59,390 nt of DNA from assembly GCA_027021085.1 (NCBI GenBank), contig JALUVB010000053.1, forward strand, positions 1 through 59,390, written 5' to 3'. Positions 1-7,400 of the stretch are shown here, in pieces. The notes beneath the pieces were generated by a model that was not told the origin of the DNA, made no database searches, and saw only the letters and a list, made by a program, of their open reading frames with translations. Origin of the DNA: a bacterium (lineage in GTDB: Bacteria > CAIJMQ01 > JAADFP01). The position numbers and the translations under genes were made by a program. How positions within the stretch are numbered: the first letter of the stretch is position 1; every line of letters starts with the position of its first letter.

Positions 1-166
1 TAGCCTCAAGGCGAATTTTGCCCCTTAAATTGATTAGTTTTTCCAGACGCTTACGCCTTATGAAGTCATATAGAGCCTTGTTAACTGCTTCGGTCTTCGT
101 CCTGGCCTTGGTCAGCTCAATAACTTTCTTTAAAGCCTCCTCGGATATGTTTAAAGTGGTGCGCAT
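1..166 (-). CDS. VapB/DUF2191-like ribbon-helix-helix antitoxin; its 3' end runs off the window
   Basis: Hand translation of the minus strand from ATG (164-166) gives MRTTLNISEEALKKVIELTKARTKTEAVNKALYDFIRRKRLEKLINLRGKIRLEA... It has the same N-terminal pattern as the VapB-like ORF at 8974-9177. A G6 Shine-Dalgarno-like run lies 3 nt upstream. It is absent from the ORF track because it is open at the window edge. Confidence 0.55.
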   Translation of the reverse strand, partial: MRTTLNISEEALKKVIELTKARTKTEAVNKALYDFIRRKRLEKLINLRGKIRLEA

Positions 167-198
167 TTTCCCCCCTTTTTGCATACAATTCCGATGAT

Positions 199-227
199 AT
201 TATATGATTACAGCAGGCATCTGTCAA
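199..227 (-). promoter_or_regulatory. Consensus sigma70 promoter for the antitoxin gene
   Basis: The minus strand reads TTGACA (222-227), a 17-nt spacer, then TATAAT (199-204). This sits about 33 nt upstream of the ATG at 166. Confidence 0.6.
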
Positions 228-283
228 TTCTACAAGCTGCATCAGGGAAAATCTTCTCGAAATAGGGAGATAGAGCTACACTT

Positions 284-440
284 TTCACTTAACGGCTGGC
301 GGGGGATGGGAAGTCCGAGCGAAGCGAGAATTTGGGCGGAGCGATAGCGAAGTCGGATATGCACCTGTTAAGTGAGTGCGATAGTACCGAGCACCACAAA
401 GGTGGTGCGAAGAGTCGGGGGCAAAGGGCCACTTTAATAG
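284..440 (+). repeat. GC-rich structured element, copy A (attC-like or ncRNA-like)
   Basis: It shares ordered blocks with copy B: TTTCACTTAACGGC, TTTGGGYGRAG, GCGATAG, hairpin+GAAGAGT, CCACTTTAATA. ACTTAAC (287-293) and GTTAAGT (367-373) are exact reverse complements. A hairpin forms between 391-397 and 402-408. It is a GC-rich island in AT-rich surroundings and starts about 20 nt after the stop of the 587-aa ORF. Confidence 0.6.
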
Positions 441-459
441 ATCACATACTCGTTTTGTG

Positions 460-2223
460 TCAGTAATCTAATACCCTATAAAGATCCAAACGAGAAAAAT
501 TTAATTTCGATTTTCCACTTCTTTTCAACTCATTGAGGAGAATGTTTACTATATCTTTGATATCAAATATTTCGATATTAAGGTTAGCATAATGATTTTT
601 TATCTTATCGAAAGATTTTCTAATATATTCTATTTTTTCTATGTTTTTAATAAAATTAATACAGTAAAATATCTTATGAATCCTCTTTTTGCTACATAGT
701 TCTATTTCGTTCCAAATTTTCTTCATTTCATCAGATTCTATCTTTGCGTTTTTTAGGAATATAGCACATTTGCTTTTTATGTGAACATCAATATCCGGTT
801 TATCCCTTTCAAGCGTATCGTTGAGCTTAATATCATCTTTTTTCCTTACCAATTTGATGCACTCTAATAACTCTCTAAAATTTGGAGGGGTCTTATCATC
901 AATTAAACCGCATTCAAAAAATTCCTGACATAACTCATGGATGAAATATTCGGAGAAATTACCCGCAAAAGACGAGGTCATAATTTTTAAAGTATAATCC
1001 TTCTCATCCTGCATTTCATATTTAAAAAGGCTTTCCAAGACTCGTAAAATGTCTGTAATTTGTTTAAATATGTCTCTTTCCCACTCTTGGGACAACGAAT
1101 CCCTTCTTTTAGTCGTCTCTATCTCTAATAAACAAATCTTTGCAAAGATATATAACAAAGTCCATTCCTCAGCGTAATATCTTAATAGGGATTCTGAGAG
1201 AGGCACATTTTCTTTGAAAGCCTTCATCACAAGAAAGGTTTTTATTTTATCCATTAATGACCAAGCTTTTAATATATCTTTATTGGAATAAGCTTCTTTA
1301 TAATACTTTGCAGTTAATTTATCTACTTCCTTCAATGTTACCAATAGTTTTATAGAATCTTCGTTTTGTTTCTCCTCTGGCAAGCTTCTAATGAATTTTT
1401 GAGCACTTTTTAACGATTTATCGGAATACTCTACTAATTCTTCTGTAATTTGATCTATTATTTTTTGAGCTTCTTGTTTTTTCTCATTCGATCTCTCAAA
1501 ATAGACAGATCTAACCAAAGAGTGAAGTTGTTTTTTTCTAAGTTTGTAAAGGGATTCATAGCATAAAGAAATCAGATAGGAATTTCTGGCAGGTATATTC
1601 TCTAAAATATTCAAAATTGATTTTATATGATCCTCTAAGGCTTCTATCTCACTTATATTCAGCTTCAAACTGTCTATTTTTTTCTTGTAATGGTTTTTTA
1701 CAAAAAGGGAAACAAGGATGTCAACAACATTAATGGGTTTCTCTGAACTAATCGACACGATTGATAAATATGTTTCTATAAAACTTATAAATTCACTCTC
1801 AGCAACATCGTAATCTATAAGCTCCCCTTTTTCACTAAGCTTTATCAATGCAACTTCGTACGTTCCCAACATCTTTTTAAAACTGTTACTTGGATACGGC
1901 TGAAGTTTATGTCTATCAAACAGTTTTGAGAGTGCCCTAATAATTAAACTCAATGACTTGGTTGGATCGTTAAGTAGATATTGGAACGACTTACTCCATA
2001 AATAATTGTGTTCTACATGCAGTAAGTTTATTTGGTCGTTTAGTTTTTCATATTTTTTTCTAATTTCCTCAAATTCACAATCTAATTGACGGAAAAGATC
2101 ACTCGATGGTATTTGAATCTTCTCTCGTAATATATACCTATTTATCTTCTGTTTAATACGATTGAATTCTTGCTCAATTTCAATGGGACTTTCTCTAATC
2201 CTGATTTTCATATCATTCATCAC
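460..2223 (-). CDS. Hypothetical 587-aa protein, K/E/I/L-rich and probably all-helical; no family recognised
   Basis: A long uninterrupted ORF in a very AT-rich region, where random stops would be frequent. It is co-oriented with and downstream of the R-M gene. There is no Walker motif or other clear motif. Confidence 0.7.
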   Translation of the reverse strand: MMNDMKIRIRESPIEIEQEFNRIKQKINRYILREKIQIPSSDLFRQLDCEFEEIRKKYEKLNDQINLLHVEHNYLWSKSFQYLLNDPTKSLSLIIRALSKLFDRHKLQPYPSNSFKKMLGTYEVALIKLSEKGELIDYDVAESEFISFIETYLSIVSISSEKPINVVDILVSLFVKNHYKKKIDSLKLNISEIEALEDHIKSILNILENIPARNSYLISLCYESLYKLRKKQLHSLVRSVYFERSNEKKQEAQKIIDQITEELVEYSDKSLKSAQKFIRSLPEEKQNEDSIKLLVTLKEVDKLTAKYYKEAYSNKDILKAWSLMDKIKTFLVMKAFKENVPLSESLLRYYAEEWTLLYIFAKICLLEIETTKRRDSLSQEWERDIFKQITDILRVLESLFKYEMQDEKDYTLKIMTSSFAGNFSEYFIHELCQEFFECGLIDDKTPPNFRELLECIKLVRKKDDIKLNDTLERDKPDIDVHIKSKCAIFLKNAKIESDEMKKIWNEIELCSKKRIHKIFYCINFIKNIEKIEYIRKSFDKIKNHYANLNIEIFDIKDIVNILLNELKRSGKSKLNFSRLDLYRVLDY

Positions 2224-2280
2224 TATTTAATTTCTTTTTCACATTTTTAATAATCCTTATATTTTACTTTGCCCCCGATT

Positions 2281-2425
2281 TCACTTAACGGCCAGCGGGT
2301 ATCTGAAATCGCCGAAGGCGTTTTGGGTGAGAGCTGAAAGCCCGAACCAGATACCCGCTTGTTAGCAGACCTGAAGGGCGAGCCTGCGATAGCAGGTGAA
2401 GAGTTCCGCACGCCGCCACTTAATA
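2281..2425 (+). repeat. GC-rich structured element, copy B
   Basis: Same block order as copy A. An 11-bp stem pairs GCGGGTATCTG (2295-2305) with CAGATACCCGC (2348-2358). A hairpin pairs CCTGC (2383-2387) with GCAGG (2392-2396), followed by GAAGAGT (2398-2404). It begins directly after the R-M stop codon at 2428-2430. The 62-aa track ORF at 2247-2435 is judged non-coding. Confidence 0.6.
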
Positions 2426-2427
2426 TA

Positions 2428-4758
2428 CTACTCACTATTATCTCCTCTCCTTAAAGGCAATTTTTTAATAAATTCTCTCATGTATTCCCAGTCCGGTTTT
2501 ACATTTTCATCAACAGGTAATTTTATTTTAGATTTTTCCATTCTTGCTTTAGTCCATTTTAAACCGTAATTGAATCTGTATCTTTCTTTTTCAATTATTG
2601 TTATTAAAAATAATGCTTTATAGACATCAAGATCGAAAGTCGGATACAACACATTTACATCATCTGAAGCCCAGAAAGGTCTAGACTGATAAAATGCTAT
2701 TCCCACAGAGCCATCATAATTAACAGTTATTACATTTTTCTCAAATATTGGATCACGTGCTATTTTTGCAGTTAATCCATTATTATACATGCTGGAGCCA
2801 ATAAATGGAGTATTCCCAGGATTCATGTCAAGTTTTATCAATCTTTTTCCTTTTTTGATTTCAAATAAACCACCGTCACCTCCTAATTTAAAATACTTCC
2901 AATTTTCAGTATTGAGCGGTAGGCATTTTTCATTTGAAAATTCTTTTAAGATATCGAGATTACCCTCTTTAATTTCAAAAGAAATGTAATCTAGAACTTT
3001 ATGCCTAAAATCATTACATGTTATTTTTGAATAATCTGTTTCCATGTATGGTTCAGCGCACCATATATCCTCAGCATTTACTGTTTTTAAAACACTCATC
3101 CCGGGTTTTTCTTCTCTATTTAGATACAGATTCAGAAATGTATCTTTTGTATGATTCCATCTGTTATGGTAATCTATTCTTCCTTTATTCTTTATTTTTA
3201 TAAACCCATCATCTTTAAGATATCCAAACCAAACTTTTTTATTCGGTGGATGGGGCTTATGGGCTGTTAGTACCAGTATCGCAGTAACAACCCCCACTGG
3301 GTAAAACAAATCATCTGGCATGCTTATTACTGCCTCTAAAGTATGCTTTTCTAATATTTTTTCTTTGAAATCTAGATATTCTCTTTTATCTAATACACAC
3401 CTCATTGGTACAATTGCTACACATTTCCCCCCATGTTCAAGCATATCTAAATTATTTAATACAAATTCAAATTCATTAATGTCATCTTTCTCTATTTTAT
3501 ATGGTGGGTTTAATAAACCTATATTTGGTTTAAATTTTTCTTTAATTTCATTAAAGATATTATCGAAACAACTGCCATGATATATGTTCGTTTTCCCATC
3601 CCCATGAACTATCATGTTTGTAATAGCAAGTGCATAAATATGGTCTTGATATTCTATACCTATAATCTGCTTCTCTTTTATGTGTTTTATTTTTTTACTA
3701 CTTTTTCTAGATTTTTCTATCATCTTTTTCATAGCACTGATAAGAAACCCACCTGTACCACAACAATTGTCCAAAACAACACTGTCTTTTGTAATTTCTG
3801 CCAAATCACAAAACAATTCAGTAATATGGGATGGAGTTAGGATTATACCTAATCTTTTATCACTATTTGCATATCTAAGAAACTCTATGTAAAATCTACC
3901 TAGGGCATCGTAATAATGATAGGTTTTTATAAATTTATTTAATTTATCATCAATATCATCTATAAGTTTTATCACAAACTCTTTATCTGTTGTTAGTGTT
4001 GTATGTGTTTTCATGAATGAAAACGCAATCTCCAAATTCTCAATCTTGTTAGAGGGTATATTTGATTTTTTCAATTCTCGAATAATCGTAGCAACGAGAA
4101 CATCTATAATCTCTTTAGCGGTATCATACTTTTTATAGCTTTCATGAAATGCCCTATTCCGTAAAGCAATCAAAATTCCACTAACTACCAGACTTCGTTG
4201 AGCTTCGGGTATTTTTTTAATATGAAGTGTTGTGTTCAGTTCTCCTGCAAAATCTAATAATTTTGATAAATCTTGACGGAATTTCATATCAGAATATAAA
4301 TAGGCATTAGAATAATCTTCAAAAGACAGAAGTTCATCTCCTAAAATCTTACTGGGGGTATTGGTGTCCTTAAGCCATAAATAATGGGTTATTTTAAGAT
4401 TTTCTTTCTTTTCACCGCTAACACCGATAGCCAAAACATCGTATTCTTTTGATAGATATGATGCATATAATAAAGCTCCATCAACTGCATACTCATCGTA
4501 CTTATCTCTAGATTCACTTTCGTGCTTTCTAATATCTGCTTTACACTCAATGACTATTAAAAAATCACTTCTCTTTTTTGATGTAACTATAAAATCTGGG
4601 GAACCCTTCCCTGTGCTTCTTTTAGATGCGTTTTTAAGTAATTTTTTTATTCTTGGATTGTCACTTGTTTGCTCCTCTACTATTATGTCATCATTTTCAT
4701 AGTATCCCAACTTTCTAAATTCATCCCTAACAATTTTTTCAGTTTTTCTTTCATTCAT
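2428..4758 (-). CDS. Single-chain type IIG-like restriction-modification enzyme: PD-(D/E)xK nuclease + N6-adenine methyltransferase + HsdS-like TRD
   Basis: The N-terminus has SPDFIV...LIVIECK (a PD..ExK motif). Methyltransferase motif I is DNCCGTGGF and motif IV is LLNPPYK. The C-terminal WKYFKLGG..LFEIKKGKR...TPFIGSSMYNNG resembles an HsdS target-recognition domain. A GGGAGG Shine-Dalgarno lies at 4766-4771. Confidence 0.85.
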   Translation of the reverse strand: MNERKTEKIVRDEFRKLGYYENDDIIVEEQTSDNPRIKKLLKNASKRSTGKGSPDFIVTSKKRSDFLIVIECKADIRKHESESRDKYDEYAVDGALLYASYLSKEYDVLAIGVSGEKKENLKITHYLWLKDTNTPSKILGDELLSFEDYSNAYLYSDMKFRQDLSKLLDFAGELNTTLHIKKIPEAQRSLVVSGILIALRNRAFHESYKKYDTAKEIIDVLVATIIRELKKSNIPSNKIENLEIAFSFMKTHTTLTTDKEFVIKLIDDIDDKLNKFIKTYHYYDALGRFYIEFLRYANSDKRLGIILTPSHITELFCDLAEITKDSVVLDNCCGTGGFLISAMKKMIEKSRKSSKKIKHIKEKQIIGIEYQDHIYALAITNMIVHGDGKTNIYHGSCFDNIFNEIKEKFKPNIGLLNPPYKIEKDDINEFEFVLNNLDMLEHGGKCVAIVPMRCVLDKREYLDFKEKILEKHTLEAVISMPDDLFYPVGVVTAILVLTAHKPHPPNKKVWFGYLKDDGFIKIKNKGRIDYHNRWNHTKDTFLNLYLNREEKPGMSVLKTVNAEDIWCAEPYMETDYSKITCNDFRHKVLDYISFEIKEGNLDILKEFSNEKCLPLNTENWKYFKLGGDGGLFEIKKGKRLIKLDMNPGNTPFIGSSMYNNGLTAKIARDPIFEKNVITVNYDGSVGIAFYQSRPFWASDDVNVLYPTFDLDVYKALFLITIIEKERYRFNYGLKWTKARMEKSKIKLPVDENVKPDWEYMREFIKKLPLRRGDNSE

Positions 4759-4787
4759 ATTTATTCCTCCCTAAGGCGGCGTGCAAA

Positions 4788-4880
4788 ATTTCACATAACT
4801 CGTTCATATACGCATAATTGCGTATATCCTTCCAAATCTGGGATATATGTGAAGTATTTCGTGTATACCCGCCTTTACAT
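4788..4880 (+). repeat. Shorter, degenerate copy C of the structured element
   Basis: TTTCACATAAC (compare TTTCACTTAAC), an internal 9-4-9 palindrome, GAAGTAT (4851-4857, compare GAAGAGT), a GC-rich arm, and TTTACAT (compare ACTTAAT). Similarity is patchy. Confidence 0.35.
4806..4827. promoter_or_regulatory. Perfect 9-4-9 palindrome ATATACGCA-TAAT-TGCGTATAT upstream of the R-M gene
   Basis: Exact inverted arms read from the sequence, 48-69 nt upstream of the R-M ATG (4758). It may be an operator or the stem of element copy C. Confidence 0.4.
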
Positions 4881-5005
4881 GAACTCATAGGTTTTCCTCT
4901 TTTGAAACCTGCCTGTCCGGACGGGTATTTAGCGGGCAAGTTCTGGGGAATTGTTTCAGGAAAATGTTTCATTCCAGTAGTAATATAGCAAATAAAAGCG
5001 ATAAG

Positions 5006-6115
5006 TCAAAGCGCATTCTTTAAAATCGTTTCTGTCTCATCCACCATTCTTGAAACATCGAAGTTCTCTTCTATCCATCTTTTGCCCTTTTCCCCCATTT
5101 CTCTCGCTTCTTCCGGGTGATTTAGCAGGTAGGTTATGGCTTTTGCTAAAGCCTGTGAATTTTTGGCAGGCACCAGAACTCCTGTCTCTTTATTCCTTAC
5201 TACTTCGGGAATACCGCCTACATTCGTAGCTACCACGGGAATACCCACGCCGGAAGCCTCCATAACCGAACGGGGAAGGCCTTCGGATAAGGAAGGATGG
5301 ACAAAAAGGTCAAGAATTTGCAGGATATTTCCCACCTCGGCTACTTTCCCGGTAAAGATGAAATTTCCCCTCACCCTTAACTCATTTGCCAATTCTTCCA
5401 GTTCCCTCCGCAGATTTCCCTCCCCCACCATTACAAAGCGTGTCTCCGGGAAAGCTTTCAGCACCTCCACGGAGGCCTCGATTAAATACCTATATCCTTT
5501 CAAAGCTATCAAATGCCCTACAGAGCCGATAACTTTTGCCCCTTCCGGGATACCCAGCTCTTTTTTCACTACGTCTCTTTCAGAGGAGACTTTCAGCCTG
5601 CTTAAATCCACACCGTTTAGAATAGTTACTACTCTCTCCGGGTTGATTCTCAACTCTTGCAGGATATGCCCTCGCAAAGCCTCAGAAAGGGTAATTATTT
5701 TATGGGGTATTTTTTTCAATATTCGGTTATATTTCCACAAGGGAAAATTCATTTTCCTGTTTCCCAGCTTATCCTTGTTTATATAGGCATGAATGGTACT
5801 TACAATAAGGGACGTTCCCGCCTTTTTTGCCGCAATAAGCCCGGGGACATCTCCGTCCCTATTATGGGTATGCACCACATCAAAACGCTCCTCCCTGATT
5901 AAATCAACAAGTTCCCTTATAGCTTTTCTTTTTTCTCTCAACTCCAGAGTATAAACCTCAAGCCCATTCTTCTTATAAGCTTCCGCCAGGGAACCGGGCC
6001 TGCATATAACCTTTACTTTATGGCCTCTATTTTGCAAGCCAAGGCTCAGTATCCGGGTATGCTCCTGGGAGCCTCCCCCGGTGTCTTTGGAAGAAATTAT
6101 TTGCAGGATTTTCAT
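5006..6115 (-). CDS. Glycosyltransferase family 4 (GT-B fold)
   Basis: C-terminal Glycos_transf_1 signature ...PSLSEGLPRSVMEASGVGIPVVATNVGGIPEVV... Confidence 0.85.
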   Translation of the reverse strand: MKILQIISSKDTGGGSQEHTRILSLGLQNRGHKVKVICRPGSLAEAYKKNGLEVYTLELREKRKAIRELVDLIREERFDVVHTHNRDGDVPGLIAAKKAGTSLIVSTIHAYINKDKLGNRKMNFPLWKYNRILKKIPHKIITLSEALRGHILQELRINPERVVTILNGVDLSRLKVSSERDVVKKELGIPEGAKVIGSVGHLIALKGYRYLIEASVEVLKAFPETRFVMVGEGNLRRELEELANELRVRGNFIFTGKVAEVGNILQILDLFVHPSLSEGLPRSVMEASGVGIPVVATNVGGIPEVVRNKETGVLVPAKNSQALAKAITYLLNHPEEAREMGEKGKRWIEENFDVSRMVDETETILKNAL

Positions 6116-6116
6116 T

Positions 6117-7400
6117 TCATATATACCTTTCGGGTAAAGCTAAAAGCACAAATTTTATTATCAATTCTTTTATTTCTTCAGGATACGCCTGCATCTTGTC
6201 TAAACTATGCAGTAGTTTTCGGGGGATTCTGCATGTGCGGGGCAAGTATTCCAGGGAAAGGGGATTTTCCTTCTTGAGTTTGCGGGTAGGAAAATTTAAC
6301 TCCAGCAGGTAATTTTCTCCCTCTTCTTTTACCTTGTAGATAGGATTTATATACCACTTGGTACGGGGGAGCAAAAGGTTTTCCCGCAGATGAGTATACT
6401 TCTTATTAAAGTACTTTTCGCTTTTGCTAATCAACATATTGACAACGTTGGAACGGTTGATTTCCTCTGCCCCGTATTCCTTCTCCAGATCTAATACGCC
6501 TTCCTGCAAAAAATTCTTCAGGACATCCTCCTCCGGCAACATCTTTATCTGCCAGACAGGAGAAGGAAACATGTCTCTGTACTCCCGGGGAGATAAGGGC
6601 ATTCCTGCACTGTAGTTGGAGCCCAGGGCGTTATGAAGGTGCAGGAGAAGGATAATGCCCTGCGCACTTACTATCTCCTGGAAGCTGTTTACCACGATAT
6701 TTTTATGTTCTATACAATGCAGACAATCCATGGCAATAACCTTCTCAAAACTTTCTTTCTTAAAAGGGAGGGGAACAATATCGTTGGAACAGACCATCTC
6801 TGAATCCGGAGCAAGATACTTCCTGGCCAGATAAAGGTAGAAAGGCTGTGAATCAACACAAACTATTTTGCCCGGGGAAATAAAGTGAGACAAGACATAA
6901 GCAGAATGTCCCAGTCCCGAGGCAAAATCCAGCACATATCCCCTGGTATCAGTGAGCAGGGGCAGAGCCGCATAAATATTCCAGAAAGTCTGGGTGGAGA
7001 AACGATGCCTGACATTATGCATTGCCCCCAGCCCAAAATGCTGGGAAAGAGAAAAAAAGCTTAATTCTTTTTTCGCCTTTTTCTGGGCGCGGTAGCCCCT
7101 TAACGCAGCCCGCACCCGGCTCATGCGATGAATCTTTGCCGTGGATTTTAAGAATAGCCAGGAACAGAAATCCCTGCTGGCAATACCCTTGAACATTTTT
7201 TTGCAAAAATGAGCATGCAGCAGGAGGGAACGCCAGGGTTCAATAATGAACAAAATCCCGTTTACAATGGGATACTTCCGGCATTGGCACCGCAATACTC
7301 CATCCTGAATATTGTCTTCTCTTCCCCTCACTATGCGAGCAATTTCCATCCCTCCCCTGCAATAGGGACAGGCTAAGAGAGATAAAAATTCTTTCTTCAT
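6117..7400 (-). CDS. Class I SAM-dependent methyltransferase with an N-terminal Trm112-like zinc ribbon
   Basis: N-terminal CPYC...CQC Cys pairs, and SAM motif I VLDFASGLGHSA. Confidence 0.7.
   Translation of the reverse strand: MKKEFLSLLACPYCRGGMEIARIVRGREDNIQDGVLRCQCRKYPIVNGILFIIEPWRSLLLHAHFCKKMFKGIASRDFCSWLFLKSTAKIHRMSRVRAALRGYRAQKKAKKELSFFSLSQHFGLGAMHNVRHRFSTQTFWNIYAALPLLTDTRGYVLDFASGLGHSAYVLSHFISPGKIVCVDSQPFYLYLARKYLAPDSEMVCSNDIVPLPFKKESFEKVIAMDCLHCIEHKNIVVNSFQEIVSAQGIILLLHLHNALGSNYSAGMPLSPREYRDMFPSPVWQIKMLPEEDVLKNFLQEGVLDLEKEYGAEEINRSNVVNMLISKSEKYFNKKYTHLRENLLLPRTKWYINPIYKVKEEGENYLLELNFPTRKLKKENPLSLEYLPRTCRIPRKLLHSLDKMQAYPEEIKELIIKFVLLALPERYI

Noticed and set aside
301-420. Resemblance of GGGAAGTCCGAGC and GGTGCGAAGAGTC in element A to RNase P RNA conserved regions
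   Set aside because: The element is only about 150 nt. It lacks the remaining universally conserved RNase P regions, and it is duplicated with divergent sequence in copy B.
2247-2435. 62-aa minus-strand ORF from the track (MSSILSGGVRNSSPAIAG...)
   Set aside because: It coincides exactly with structured element copy B. Its homologue, copy A, has no equivalent ORF. The conservation between A and B lies in stems and blocks, not in a reading frame.
4806-4827. dif-like Xer site, because CGCATAAT matches the XerC-arm core of E. coli dif
   Set aside because: The other half lacks anything like the XerD arm (TTATGTTAAAT). The sequence is a symmetric 9-4-9 palindrome, not an 11-6-11 dif layout.
4751-4972. 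73-aa minus-strand ORF ending in an ATGA-type overlap with the R-M start codon; a possible controller protein
   Set aside because: It has no helix-turn-helix pattern. It spans element copy C and its palindromes, its composition is unlike the neighbouring genes, and it has no Shine-Dalgarno. It is more likely non-coding.
5136-5786. Long antisense ORFs opposite real genes, for example 5136-5786, 7773-8285, 10003-10485, 33987-34754, 41273-41737, 54851-55705, 27248-27718, 40052-40603, 58116-58753
   Set aside because: These are shadow ORFs on the strand opposite well-supported genes. They have Ser/Pro/Arg-rich, low-information sequences and no recognisable motifs.
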